Shown here one piece after another: positions 1-10,221 of a stretch of DNA of 64,000 bases. Made by a program: the position numbers and the translations under genes. The stretch lies in NCBI GenBank assembly GCA_958295465.1, contig OY282353.1, positions 5,515,664 through 5,579,663 of the forward strand, given 5' to 3'. The notes under the pieces were generated by a model. That model saw only the letters and a list, made by a program, of their open reading frames with translations. It did not search any database and was not told where the DNA came from. This stretch comes from an uncultured Gammaproteobacteria bacterium (GTDB taxonomy: Bacteria; Pseudomonadota; Gammaproteobacteria; HK1). How positions within the stretch are numbered: position 1 is the stretch's first letter; every line of letters starts with the position of its first letter.

Positions 1-482
1 CGAAGTCCGCATGGGACACCGATGCCCCGGCCGACTTCGATCGTCCGCTGTCGCTGCGCGGCCTCCGGGCCTCGAAGAGGATGGGCCGTTATCTCGCGGA
101 GACCGGGCTGCTGCCCGATGCGGTCGTCTGCTCCAGCGCGACGCGAGCGGTGCAGACCCTCCACGGTGTCGCGCGGGCGGCCGGCCTGGCGCTCGAGGGA
201 GTGCGGTTCGAGGGCGCGATCTACGAGGCGACGCTCTCGACCCTCCTCGACGTGCTCGGCGCCTGCGCCCCCGATGCGCCCCGGACGATGATCGTCGGAC
301 ACAATCCCGGACTCGAATACCTGCTCGACCATCTGGCGGGCGGGGTTCCGATCCCGGGCGATGGAAAGCTGTTGCCCTCCGCCGCCCTCGCCCGGTTCGA
401 TCTTCCCGATGACTGGCGCCGGCTCGAACGAGGCCAAGGCAAACTCGTCGGCCTTACCCGAGTGCGCGATCTCGACGACTGA
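1..482 (+). CDS. sixA: Phosphohistidine phosphatase SixA-family protein, 5' end cut by window edge
   Basis: Frame 3 is open from nt 3 (KSAWDTDAPADFDRPLSLRG...). A later GHNPGLEYLLDHL His motif fits the histidine-phosphatase layout typical of SixA. Confidence 0.7.
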   Translation, partial: KSAWDTDAPADFDRPLSLRGLRASKRMGRYLAETGLLPDAVVCSSATRAVQTLHGVARAAGLALEGVRFEGAIYEATLSTLLDVLGACAPDAPRTMIVGHNPGLEYLLDHLAGGVPIPGDGKLLPSAALARFDLPDDWRRLERGQGKLVGLTRVRDLDD

Positions 483-602
483 GCACGGCCCGGGGGTGAG
501 GACGGCGCCCGCTACACGATCTCGCGAGGGTTCCGTGGAGAGGGTCGTCACCCGCGCGAGCGCGAGGAAGGTCGGGGGCGAGGGGTTCGTCAGAGGAGAC
601 CG

Positions 603-1127
603 TCACTCCCGAACGCCGCCGGTGTCCGCGAGCCCGAGAAGGCGGTTGAACGCCCGCAGGGTGTCGGGGGTGACCGGCGCGACGGCGCCGGCGGCGATCG
701 CGTCCACCGCATGGAACGCCACGCTCTCCACCTCCTCGGGCTGGAGGGTGAACGGTCCGTCGTGCACACAGGTGAACACCCGGCCGAAGCAGCGGTTGCG
801 CTCGTCCTCGTAGTAGAGGTCGAACTTCGGTTCGAGGACCGTACCACGGATGCCGAGCTCCTCCGCCGCCTCGCGCTCGGCGCATTCCTCATATGATTCG
901 CCGGCCGCGACGACCCCACCCGCAGCGAGGTCGTAGCAGCTCGGGTAGATGTCCTTGATCGCGGTGCGGCGCTGCACGAGCACTCTTCCCCGGCGGTCGA
1001 AGACGAAGATGTACGTCGCCCGGTGGGGGAGGTTCTCGCTGCGCACGCGGTGCCGCGGCAGCTCGGCGACGGGACGGTTCCCGTCGTCCACCACGGTGAC
1101 GACCTCCTGACTCGCCGGTGAAGGCAT
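603..1127 (-). CDS. NUDIX hydrolase
   Basis: 174-aa ORF with a complete Nudix box, GVVAAGESYEECAEREAAEELGI (GX5EX7REUXEEXGU). Confidence 0.8.
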   Translation of the reverse strand: MPSPASQEVVTVVDDGNRPVAELPRHRVRSENLPHRATYIFVFDRRGRVLVQRRTAIKDIYPSCYDLAAGGVVAAGESYEECAEREAAEELGIRGTVLEPKFDLYYEDERNRCFGRVFTCVHDGPFTLQPEEVESVAFHAVDAIAAGAVAPVTPDTLRAFNRLLGLADTGGVRE

Positions 1128-1232
1128 CGCGACCTCGACCCAGCCGGATTACGCCGGACCACGGCAAAGGGTACTCCGTTTCGGTGACGTCACTCCCCTG
1201 TTCTCCGGACCGCATGGCTGAAAGCAGCAACG

Positions 1233-1463
1233 TCAGCCACCCAGGGTCACCCCGAGGCCCGGTGCATCGAGGATGCGCATCACGCCGTCCTCGAGGATGA
1301 AGCCGCCGCCGGCCACGTCGCGGGCAAGATCGAGGCTTCCGTCGAGATCGAGGTAGCGCGTCGCCGGGGAGGAGAATGCGGCGTGGAGCGCGGCGGAGAT
1401 GCTCACCACGCTCTCGTCCATGCAACCCCACATGAGCTTGAACCCGCGCCGAAGTGACGGACG
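1233..1463 (-). pseudogene. C-terminal fragment of an enolase-superfamily enzyme (dipeptide epimerase / muconate cycloisomerase-like)
   Basis: Only the last ~75 aa look family-like (GFKLMWGCMDESVVSISAALHAA...YLDLDGSLDLARDV...APGLGVTL). There is no N-terminal capping or barrel part upstream. Confidence 0.5.
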
Positions 1464-1688
1464 GCCCTGCGCCATTGTGCACAAGATTTCACGGACGGGG
1501 GACCCGGGAGCAGGGCCGGACGGCGATTCCCGCCAAACCCGAAAACGTCCATCGGGCCACCGCCACCGGACGCCCGGACGGCAGGGAAGGCCGCGCAATC
1601 CGGAGGGCGCGGCCGTGTCCGGTCCGTCGGCGGGAATTGCCGCGGGCCGGAAGCCGTACCGGCCGATCATCGTGGCTCCGTGGCCGCG

Positions 1689-2564
1689 CTACCCCCTCAT
1701 CCCGATCAACGCCACGCTCGGCACCACGACGAGCACTGCGACGACCACCCGGCGGGTGATGGCGTCCTCCCGGAACACCGCGGCGCCGAGCAGCAGCGTG
1801 AACAGCGGGGCGCAAGCCACGATCGGGGCCACCACGATCAACCGGCCGTGCAACAGCGCCATGTTGAGCACGAGCACCGCGATGCCGTAAGTGGCGCCGG
1901 TGACGAGAAGCCACTTCACGCCTCCCGGCGCGACCGTATCGAACCGAAAACGACCGGTTCGCGCCTGATTGGCGAGCGCCAGCACGAACGACACGCTGTA
2001 GGCCACGACCGCGATGAAGAACGGGCTCGGGATCTCCTCAAGGGCGATTTTCGAGAAGGCATGCGAGAGGCTTCGCACGAGCGCCGCCCCGACCGGCAGC
2101 AGCAGGGCGACGAGCGGCCATGTCCGCGACGACGGTCCGCGGGCCGAGATCAGGATCACCCCGGCCACGATGCCGAGGGAGCCGATCGCAATCTCCCACG
2201 ACAGCGCTTCCGCGAGCAGCGCCACGCCCAGCGCGACGCCGAACAGGGGGGCGGTCGCCGAGAGTGTCGCGCTGATCGTCGGTCCGAGGATCCGTGTCCC
2301 GGCCATTCCGAGATTGGCCGACAGCAGTGGGCGGAAGCATCCGAGCACGATGAGCAGGGGCAGCACCGAGGCGGTCCAGTACCAGGCTTCCATGTAGAAC
2401 GGTGCGGCGAGCCAGTAGATCGCGACGCTTACCCCGATCTGCCACAACACCGCGGTCTGGGAGTCGACGAAGCGCAGTGCCAGACGCGAGAACTGGTTGC
2501 CGAACGCGAACAGGACCGCGGCCGCGAGCGCGAGCAGCACCGGGAAGGTGTCGGCGTCGTGCAC
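1689..2564 (-). CDS. DMT-superfamily (EamA-like) permease
   Basis: 291 aa, about 10 hydrophobic segments, with two-fold EamA-like repeat organisation. Confidence 0.75.
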   Translation of the reverse strand: MHDADTFPVLLALAAAVLFAFGNQFSRLALRFVDSQTAVLWQIGVSVAIYWLAAPFYMEAWYWTASVLPLLIVLGCFRPLLSANLGMAGTRILGPTISATLSATAPLFGVALGVALLAEALSWEIAIGSLGIVAGVILISARGPSSRTWPLVALLLPVGAALVRSLSHAFSKIALEEIPSPFFIAVVAYSVSFVLALANQARTGRFRFDTVAPGGVKWLLVTGATYGIAVLVLNMALLHGRLIVVAPIVACAPLFTLLLGAAVFREDAITRRVVVAVLVVVPSVALIGMRG

Positions 2565-2970
2565 CGCCGGTCACGTCATCCCGGTCAGGTCATGCCGGCG
2601 CGGGGTCGAGCGTGCGCGGCTGCCGGACATCCCCGGCATTCCCGGCATCGGTGATCCCGGAAGCTTCCGGTGCATTGTCGGCTCCATCCATGTCGCCCGT
2701 GCGACCTCCGGCCGTTCCTGCGCGCGGCGTCACTCCTCCGCAACGCCTTTCCGGACACTGTTCCGCCGCACGTTCTCCGGCGGTCCGTCCCCGCACGCGG
2801 CCCCTGGCCACCCTTGGGGAAGCGGGGGTCCGCAACGTCCGGTTCCGGGTACGCCGGGCTCGGGGAAATCGTCGGCGATTACCCTGTATTCTCCCGAAGT
2901 CCCGGCAGGATCGTCCAACGACATGAGGCCGGCGGCGGCCTTCGCTACGGGGGTTGACCGGAATCCCGAG

Positions 2971-3732
2971 ATGTTCCGTTTCCTGAAGCCGGGCCGGCCC
3001 GCGGTCACCGATGCGGTGTGGCGGACGATGCGGCGATCGCTGCCGATCGTGGCGACCCTCGCCGAGCCCGACGCCGGGAGGCTGCGGGTCCTCACGGATG
3101 CCTTTCTGCGCGCGAAGTCGATCGAGGGGGCCGGAGGTTTCGAGCTCGACGAGGGGTCCCGCGTCATGGTGGCGGCGCAGGCGTGCATCCCGATCCTCGC
3201 GCTGGGCATCGAAGCGTACACCGGCTGGCGCTCGGTCATCGTCTATCCGGGCGGGTTCGTGTCCCGCGGCACGTCGGTCGACGAGACCGGGGTCGAGCAC
3301 GAATGGGAGGAGGCGCGCAGCGGCGAATCCTGGTTCCGCGGGCCGGTGGTCCTGTCATGGGAGGACGTCGCGGCCTCGGGCCGGCTGGAAGGCTACAACG
3401 TCGTCATCCACGAGATGGCGCACAAGCTGGACATGTTGAACGGCGACGCGAACGGCTTTCCGCCCTTGCACGCGGAGATGGACGGAGCGGTGTGGTACCG
3501 GGTGTTCAGCGACGCCTTCGAAGACCTTGGCGCACGGCTCGATGCCGGCCGGGAGGCCGGCATCGACGATTACGCGGCGGAGGGACCCGACGAGTTCTTC
3601 GCGGTGACCAGCGAGTACTTCTTCGAGCTGCCGGAGGTGCTCGACGAGTGCTATCCCGAGGTGTACGCGGAGTTGCGCGCCTTCTACCGGCAGGATCCGC
3701 TCGATCGCATCGCGGCGGCGGGCGGCCGGTGA
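2971..3732 (+). CDS. mtfA: MtfA-like zinc metallopeptidase (peptidase M90)
   Basis: MFRFLKP... start. HEMAHKLD zinc motif, GESW..GPVVLSW and FFAVTSEYFFE motifs are typical of MtfA. The long 2497 start in the ORF track is probably spurious. Confidence 0.8.
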   Translation: MFRFLKPGRPAVTDAVWRTMRRSLPIVATLAEPDAGRLRVLTDAFLRAKSIEGAGGFELDEGSRVMVAAQACIPILALGIEAYTGWRSVIVYPGGFVSRGTSVDETGVEHEWEEARSGESWFRGPVVLSWEDVAASGRLEGYNVVIHEMAHKLDMLNGDANGFPPLHAEMDGAVWYRVFSDAFEDLGARLDAGREAGIDDYAAEGPDEFFAVTSEYFFELPEVLDECYPEVYAELRAFYRQDPLDRIAAAGGR

Positions 3733-3995
3733 CCGGATCGATCGTTCCCGGCGGGCTGCGCCTCGCGACGGCCAGGCGCCCGGCGGCCGCAAGGTCCGGA
3801 GTACCGTCCACCGGGTCTGCGCACGCCGGGGAGAGCAGGACGGAACACGCACGGGCCGCACGGGAAGCCGTCTTGCGACAAGCCGCGGAAGCGCGGGTTG
3901 CGGAGCTGGAGGCGCTCATCGGCGGGAAACGTCGCTGAGCAATTCATCCCCGGGCCTCTCGCCCCCCGCGCCGCGGCGGCCCCGCGCTGGAAGCG

Positions 3996-4140
3996 ATGTA
4001 CGGGCTGACCCTGTGGCTGATTCCCACCCTGGAGCACTTTCCGCGCCGGCAGAAGTTCCTGCTCGGGGACAGGATTCAATCCGCCGCGGTGGCGAGCCTG
4101 GAGAGCTTGGCCGAGGTGACGTTCACCCGGCGCCGGCGGC
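3996..4140 (+). pseudogene. N-terminal fragment of an Avd-like four-helix-bundle protein (DGR accessory family)
   Basis: MYGLTLWLIPTLEHFPRRQKFLLGDRIQSAAVASLESLAEV resembles the Avd N-terminal helix pair (FPK/R..RF.LG.RI). The remainder degenerates into Arg-rich nonsense, and there is no RT or TR nearby. Confidence 0.35.
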
Positions 4141-4219
4141 GGTGTGAACGAGGCCAGTCCGGCTCCCATCCGGGCGACGAATGCGCCGGTGCCGCAAACC
4201 GGCAGAAAGAACGGCTCCG

Positions 4220-4850
4220 TCAGCACCCGCGGTTGCCGTGCCGGGCCGCATTACCCGCCGCCGGGTCCACGCGGGCGAGAAGCTCGCCCCCCGTCTCGCA
4301 ACGCACCAGCCACTCGCCCACCTCGGCCAGACCTTCCGGGTCCGCGATGCCGGCCAGCACCCCCGACAGACGCTCGGCGGTCTCCGCTCCGAACCGGGAC
4401 GCCGCCAAGCGGCACAACAGCGCTCGTTCGTGCTCGATGCCTTCCCTCACCCCCTGCTCATGGCCTTCCCGAAACCACAGCTTGGGCCACTCGGCCAACC
4501 GCTCTTCCAGCGTCATCCTCACCCCCTCCAATGTCCGCACCGGAGCCGGCTCCGCATCCCCCGGCGTGAATTGCCCGGCCAGCCTCCATACCCAATCGGT
4601 GAACGCACGCTTCAGCCCATCGTCACGCGGGTCACGCAACCACTCCACCAGCCGCCCCGCCACCCGCACCACGTCCCCCGGCGTGCGGCTCTGCTCCAAC
4701 CCCAACACCGCCGCCATCAGGTTCGTCCCCGGCAAATCCTCTGCCCCGACGTGGCGCTCGTCAACCACGTGGTAACGCTGCGACGGCTGGTACGGCGCCA
4801 GCTCCGGCCCCACCGGCGCAATCAACTCCCCCACCTCCACCGCCGCCCGC
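4220..4850 (-). pseudogene. Rpn-family recombination-promoting nuclease / putative transposase, N-terminally truncated
   Basis: RYHVVDERHVGAEDLPGTNLMAAVLGLEQSRTPGDV and the C-terminal DUF4351-like EGHEQGVREGIEHERALLCRLAASRFG are present. The N-terminal PD-(D/E)XK part is not recognisable. Confidence 0.55.
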
Positions 4851-5148
4851 CGGGTTCGGCCACTCGACCGGGAAAATGGTCCGGTGGCCAAGGGGACGTC
4901 CCCAGCCTTGCGTTGACGGGACTCGAATCCATGCCTTGCACGGATCCTCCTGTCCCGCCATCCTGGATACACGACGAACGAGGACACGGTCCCGTCCGTT
5001 TCGCTTCGATACCACCCTTCGTTCACGCCCACTATCTCAGTGGACGATACTCGGGAAGGCCGCGTGCCGGGCAGAATCGCTTCACTCCATGCATGCGGGA
5101 GGATTCAGGTGGGCGCATCCATCAACGTGTAAACAGGAAACGAACGAC

Positions 5149-6177
5149 ATGACACAGAAGATACCGGCGACGGTGATCACAGGATTTCTCGGCGCCGGCA
5201 AGACGAGCATCATCCGGCACCTGCTCGAGAACGCGGCCGGCCGGCGTATCGCGCTCATCGTCAACGAATTCGGCGACATCGGCATCGACGGCGAGATCCT
5301 CAAGGGTTGCGGCATCGAAGACTGCGAAGACGAGGACGTTCTCGAGCTCGCCAACGGATGCATCTGCTGCACGGTGGCCGATGACTTCGTGCCCACCATG
5401 GAGGCGCTGCTCGGCCGGGAAAGGAAGCCGGACCGGATCGTCATCGAAACCTCGGGGCTCGCCATGCCCAAACCCCTGGTCAAGGCGTTCAACTGGCCCG
5501 ACATACGGACCCGGGTCACGGTCGATGCGGTGGTCACCGTCGTGGACGGACCGGCGGTCGCGGACGGCCTGTTCGCCTCCGATCCGCGGGCCGTGCAGCG
5601 CCAGCGCGAGTCCGACGACGCCCTGGAGCACGAAAGCCCCCTGGAGGAGCTGTTCGAGGAGCAGCTCGGCTGCGCGGACCTGATCGTCGTCAACAAGTCC
5701 GACCTGCTCGGCGCAAGTGCCCTCGACAAGGTGGTCTCCGAGGTCGCGGGACAACTGCGGCCTTCGGTCAAGGTCGTGACCGCGGCCCACGGCGCGGTGG
5801 ACCCGAAGGTGCTGCTCGGGCTGGAGGCCGCGGCCGAGGACGATCTCGATGCACGGCCGTCCCACCACGACGGCGTGGACGACCATGACCACGACGATTT
5901 CGACACCTTCAGCGTGGAGGTGGCCGATTCGCCGAGCGCCGGCGAGCTGCTCCGCCGCCTGGGCGCGGCCATCGCCCACCACGGCGTGCTGCGGGTGAAG
6001 GGCTTCGCCCATGTCCCCGGCAAGGACATGCGGTTGTTGATCCAGGCGGTGGGCGAGCGGATCCAGCACTACTACGACCGGGACTGGCGCGACGGCGAAG
6101 AGCGACGTACCCGGCTGGTGGTCATCGGCCACAAGGGCCTGGATGAAGGCTCGGTCAGGCGAATGCTGAGTGGCTGA
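5149..6177 (+). CDS. cobW: Cobalamin biosynthesis GTPase CobW (COG0523)
   Basis: GFLGAGKTS P-loop, CICCT motif and a His/Asp-rich HHDGVDDHDHDDF stretch. It lies immediately upstream of cobN. Confidence 0.85.
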   Translation: MTQKIPATVITGFLGAGKTSIIRHLLENAAGRRIALIVNEFGDIGIDGEILKGCGIEDCEDEDVLELANGCICCTVADDFVPTMEALLGRERKPDRIVIETSGLAMPKPLVKAFNWPDIRTRVTVDAVVTVVDGPAVADGLFASDPRAVQRQRESDDALEHESPLEELFEEQLGCADLIVVNKSDLLGASALDKVVSEVAGQLRPSVKVVTAAHGAVDPKVLLGLEAAAEDDLDARPSHHDGVDDHDHDDFDTFSVEVADSPSAGELLRRLGAAIAHHGVLRVKGFAHVPGKDMRLLIQAVGERIQHYYDRDWRDGEERRTRLVVIGHKGLDEGSVRRMLSG

Positions 6178-6320
6178 GCCCGATCCGGTATCGCTGAATT
6201 CGACGTCCCGGATTCCCGCTATCCACCGTCGCGGGCGCGAGCTCCACGAGAATGACGATGAAAGGCGTCCTGCGCATTCTTCCATCAGTCGCCTGGAGCT
6301 CGTGCCCGTGCAACGACGTC

Positions 6321-6340
6321 GTTCCCGCGAACGCGGGAAC
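6321..6340. repeat. REP-like perfect palindrome GTTCCCGCG-AA-CGCGGGAAC in the cobW-cobN spacer
   Basis: 9-bp perfect stem read directly. It is related to the ATTCCCGC..GCGGGAAT hairpin at 12143-12162. Confidence 0.6.
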
Positions 6341-6408
6341 CGGCAGCGGAGATCCGGAAATGACCGACAATTCATCATCCTCCACAAGCATTTGCGGATG
6401 AGTGGCCA

Positions 6409-9400
6409 ATGCATCTTCTCAAGGCGCAGCCGGGGGTCGTGGCCGACGGCAGCGAAGCCGTCGATCTCGGCCAGACCCCGGGCGACATCGTCGTACTGTC
6501 GGCCGCCGACACCGAGCTCGCCTCGCTGGCGGCGGCGCGCGGGACCCTGGGCGAGACGTTTCCCGCCGTTCGTCTCGCCAACCTCATGCAGCTCTCGCAC
6601 CACGCCTCCGTGGACCTCTACTGCGAGACGGTCATCGCCGGGGCGCGACTCGTCATCGTGCGCCTGCTCGGCGGGAAGTCCTACTGGCCCTACGGGGTCG
6701 AACAGATCGCGGAGACCTGCGCGGGCACCGGCGCCACGCTCGTGCTGCTGCCCGGCGACGATCAGCCCGACCCCGAGCTTGCCGCGTACTCCACCGTCGA
6801 TGCCGAAACCTGCCGGCGACTGTGGAGCTTCCTCCTGCACGGCGGCGCCGCGAACGCCAGGAGCTTTCTCGCCTGTGCCGCGTCGCTGATCGGCCGCCGG
6901 TTCGACTGGCGGGAGCCGGCCGAGCTGCCACGGGCGGGGATCTGCTGGCCCGGCCTGGACCGCCCCGGCCTCGGCGACCTGCGGCGGGCCTGGACGCACG
7001 ACGGGCCGGTGGCGGCGCTGGTCTTCTATCGAGCCCTGGTGCAGGCCGGCAATCTCGGCCCCATCCTGGCCCTGATCGAGTCGCTGGGCCGCAACGGGAT
7101 CAACTGCCTGCCGGTGTATTGCACGAGCCTGAAGGATCCCGTGTCGGCCGGGGTCGTCGAGTCCCTGCTGGCCGAGAGCGGGGCCGGGATCGTGCTCAAC
7201 GGCACCGGGTTCGCCGTCTCCACCCCCGGCCGGCCCGCAGCCGACTCGCCGTTGAACGCCACGGATGCACCGGTACTGCAACTGGTCTTCTCGGGCGGCA
7301 ACGAGGAGGACTGGCGGGCCACCACCCGCGGGCTCTCCGCCCGGGACATCGCCATGAACGTGGCCTTGCCCGAGGTGGACGGGCGAATCCTCTCGCGCGC
7401 CGTCTCCTTCAAGGGCGAGGCCCGGTTCGACGAATCCACACAGTGCTCCCTGGTGGTCTACGAGCCGGTGCCCGATCGCGTCGAGTTCGTCGCCCGCCTG
7501 GCCGCGAGCTGGCTGCGGCTGCGTCGCACCCCGGTGCACCAACGGCGCCTCGCGGTCATCCTCGCCAACTACCCGAACCGTGACGGCAGGCTCGGCAACG
7601 GGGTCGGACTGGACACCCCCGCCAGCGTCGTCGAGCTGCTGCGCACCCTCGAACGGGCAGGTTACGGGGTCACGGACATCCCCCGCGACGGTGACCGGCT
7701 GATCGAAAGGCTCCGCCGCGGGCCGACCAACGCCGCGGTGGACGGCCGCGAGATATCGGTGACGTTGACGCTGCGGGCCTACCGGCGGTATTTCGATGCG
7801 CTGCCGGCGGCGGTACGCCGGCGCGTCGACGAACGCTGGGGCGACCCCCGGCAGGACCCGTTCTACCTCCCCGCCTCCGGCGAGTTCGCCCTGCCGGCGT
7901 TTCGCTGCGGCAACGTGGTGGTCGGATTGCAGCCGGCCCGTGGCTACAACATCGACCCCCAGTCGACCTACCACGATCCGGACCTGGCGCCGCCGCACGG
8001 CTACTTCGCGTTCTACGCCTGGCTGCGCGCCGTGGAGGACGTCCACGCCGTCGTCCACATGGGAAAGCACGGCAATCTCGAATGGTTGCCGGGCAAGGCG
8101 CTGGCGCTGGGCGAGACCTGCTTTCCGGAGGCGGTCTTCGGGCCGTTGCCGCACCTCTATCCGTTCATCGTCAACGACCCCGGCGAGGGAACCCAGGCCA
8201 AGCGGCGGGCGCAGGCGGTCATCGTCGACCATCTCACGCCGCCGCTGACCCGGGCCGGGACCTACGGCCCGCTGGCGGAGCTGGAGCTGCTCGTCGACGA
8301 ATACTTCGAGGCGGCCGGGGTGGACCCGCGCCGGCTGAAGATCCTGCGCGAGGAGATCCTGGCCCTGGCCGCCCACGTCGGGCTCGACCGCGACTGCGGT
8401 ATCGACACCGCCGACGACCACGACACGGCGCTGTCGAAGCTGGACAACTACCTCTGCGAGCTGAAGGAGATGCAGATCCGCGGCGGCCTGCACGTGCTCG
8501 GCCGTTCGCCGGAGGGGCAAGCGCTGAACGACCTCCTGGTGTCCATGGTCAGGTTGCCGCGCGGCGACCGGGAGCCGGCCGATGCCTCGCTGATGCGCGC
8601 GCTCGCCGGGGATCTGGGCCTGACGGATTTCGACCCCCTGTCCGCCGACCTCGGAGAGCGCTGGCGCGGGCCTCGCCCCGCCGCGCTGGACTCGCCGTCA
8701 CCGTGGCGCACCTGCGGCGACACCGTCGAGCGGCTGGAACTCCTGGCTCGAAAGCTCATCGAGGGCTCGGAGCAACCCGAGCCCGGCTGGACCCGCGCCC
8801 GCGCGGTGCTCGAATTCGTCGAGAGCGACTTGCGTTCGCGGGTGGTCGCCTCGGGGCCGCACGAGCTCGATGCGTGCCGGCAGGCCCTCGACGGGAAGTT
8901 CCTCGCGCCGGGTCCCTCCGGGGCGCCGACACGAGGGCGCCTCGACGTGCTGCCCACCGGACGGAACTTCTACTCCGTCGACACCCGCACCGTACCGACC
9001 CCGGCGGCCTGGAAGCTCGGCTGGCAGTCGGCGACGCTGCTGCTGGAACGTCACCGCCAGGAGCAGGGGGCCTGGCCGAAACGCATCGCGCTGTCCGCGT
9101 GGGGGACGGCGAACATGCGGACCGGCGGTGACGATATTGCCCAGGCCCTGGCCCTGATGGGGGTGAAGCCGACCTGGGAAGTGGCCTCCCGGCGGGTGAC
9201 CGGATTCGAGGTCCTGCCGCTCGACCTGCTGGACCGCCCCCGCGTCGATGTGACGCTGCGCATCTCCGGCTTCTTCCGTGACGCCTTTCCCTCCCAGATC
9301 GACCTGTTCGATTCGGCCGCCCGCGCGGTGGCGGCCCTCGACGAGCCGGAACGGTTCAATCCGCTGGCGGCGAGCATCCGGGACGAGGCGGCCCGGCTGG

Positions 9401-10221
9401 CGGCGGCGGGGGTCGATGAAGCGACGGCCGCGCGCCGGGCCGGCTTCCGGGTGTTCGGCTCCAAGCCCGGCGCCTATGGAGCCGGCTTGCAGGCGTTGAT
9501 CGACGAGCGGGGCTGGGAATCCGAAGCCGACCTCGCGCGCGCCTACGTGGCCTGGGGAGGCTATGCCTACGGCGCCGGGGCCGAGGGAGCGGCCGAGCAC
9601 GGGTTGTTCGAAGCCCGGCTGGCCGGGGTGGAGGCGGTGCTTCACAACCAGGACAACCGGGAGCACGACCTGCTCGACTCCGACGACTACTACCAGTTCG
9701 AAGGGGGGTTGGCCGCGGCCGTCAGGCATCTGGGCGGCGAGCGCCCGGTGGTCTACCACAACGACCACTCCCGGCCCGAGACCCCTCGTATCCGAACGTT
9801 GAAGGAGGAGATCGCACGGGTGGTGCGGGCGCGGGTGGTCAACCCGAAGTGGATCGCGGCCATGCAGCGCCACGGCTACAAGGGCGGCTTCGAGATGGCC
9901 GCGACGCTGGACTACCTGTTCGCCTTCGCGGCCACCACCGGCCTGGTGGAGAACCACCATTTCGATGCGGTCCATGCGGCGTTCATGGAGGACGAATCCG
10001 TCCGGGAATTCCTGGCGCGGAAGAATCCGGATGCCCTTCGGGAGATGGCCGAGCGCTTTCTGGAAGCGGTGGAACGCGGCCTGTGGAAGCCGCGGTCGAA
10101 CTCCGCGCCGGGCACGCTGCGCGCGGTGGCGGGCGGCCGTTGCGAGGTCGGGCCTGCCCGTCAGGCGCGACCTTCAGATGGCGAAAGAGGCCGGGGGCAT
10201 ACTGCACTTCGTCCACGATGA
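6409..10221 (+). CDS. cobN: Aerobic cobaltochelatase large subunit CobN
   Basis: The 1270-aa ORF looks like CobN throughout (e.g. VHMGKHGNLEWLPGK, FYLPASGEF, ERGLWKPRSNSA). The last ~15 codons overlap an antisense gene relic. Confidence 0.9.
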   Translation: MHLLKAQPGVVADGSEAVDLGQTPGDIVVLSAADTELASLAAARGTLGETFPAVRLANLMQLSHHASVDLYCETVIAGARLVIVRLLGGKSYWPYGVEQIAETCAGTGATLVLLPGDDQPDPELAAYSTVDAETCRRLWSFLLHGGAANARSFLACAASLIGRRFDWREPAELPRAGICWPGLDRPGLGDLRRAWTHDGPVAALVFYRALVQAGNLGPILALIESLGRNGINCLPVYCTSLKDPVSAGVVESLLAESGAGIVLNGTGFAVSTPGRPAADSPLNATDAPVLQLVFSGGNEEDWRATTRGLSARDIAMNVALPEVDGRILSRAVSFKGEARFDESTQCSLVVYEPVPDRVEFVARLAASWLRLRRTPVHQRRLAVILANYPNRDGRLGNGVGLDTPASVVELLRTLERAGYGVTDIPRDGDRLIERLRRGPTNAAVDGREISVTLTLRAYRRYFDALPAAVRRRVDERWGDPRQDPFYLPASGEFALPAFRCGNVVVGLQPARGYNIDPQSTYHDPDLAPPHGYFAFYAWLRAVEDVHAVVHMGKHGNLEWLPGKALALGETCFPEAVFGPLPHLYPFIVNDPGEGTQAKRRAQAVIVDHLTPPLTRAGTYGPLAELELLVDEYFEAAGVDPRRLKILREEILALAAHVGLDRDCGIDTADDHDTALSKLDNYLCELKEMQIRGGLHVLGRSPEGQALNDLLVSMVRLPRGDREPADASLMRALAGDLGLTDFDPLSADLGERWRGPRPAALDSPSPWRTCGDTVERLELLARKLIEGSEQPEPGWTRARAVLEFVESDLRSRVVASGPHELDACRQALDGKFLAPGPSGAPTRGRLDVLPTGRNFYSVDTRTVPTPAAWKLGWQSATLLLERHRQEQGAWPKRIALSAWGTANMRTGGDDIAQALALMGVKPTWEVASRRVTGFEVLPLDLLDRPRVDVTLRISGFFRDAFPSQIDLFDSAARAVAALDEPERFNPLAASIRDEAARLAAAGVDEATAARRAGFRVFGSKPGAYGAGLQALIDERGWESEADLARAYVAWGGYAYGAGAEGAAEHGLFEARLAGVEAVLHNQDNREHDLLDSDDYYQFEGGLAAAVRHLGGERPVVYHNDHSRPETPRIRTLKEEIARVVRARVVNPKWIAAMQRHGYKGGFEMAATLDYLFAFAATTGLVENHHFDAVHAAFMEDESVREFLARKNPDALREMAERFLEAVERGLWKPRSNSAPGTLRAVAGGRCEVGPARQARPSDGERGRGHTALRPR

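Noticed and set aside
3018-3938. 306-aa ORF overlapping mtfA in another frame.
   Set aside because: The translation is low-complexity and Arg/Gly-rich. The mtfA frame carries the HExxH metallopeptidase motifs.
4915-4960. tRNA-like T-arm (GGATTCGAGTCCCG on the minus strand), possibly an island att remnant.
   Set aside because: The flanking bases do not form a proper T-stem or acceptor stem, and there is no CCA. The region lies within the open frame upstream of the Rpn-like relic and is probably chance similarity.
4880-5148. Possible cobalamin riboswitch upstream of cobW.
   Set aside because: I found only a weak GGGAAGGC-like element (near 5055-5075). There is no convincing B12 box (AGYCMGGAGACCKGCC-like) and no AGGGAA...GGTG...CCCGC.ACTG core. 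A covariance-model scan (Rfam cobalamin model) is needed to be sure.
5122-8520. 1132-aa ORF antisense to cobW/cobN. Similar long shadow ORFs occur at 8698-9975(-), 13201-15261(-), 25012-26982(+), 10859-12118(-) and 11982-13427(-).
   Set aside because: These are typical stop-poor antisense or alternate frames of a high-GC genome. Their translations are Arg/Gly/Pro/Asp-rich with low complexity. The opposite strand encodes clearly recognisable proteins.
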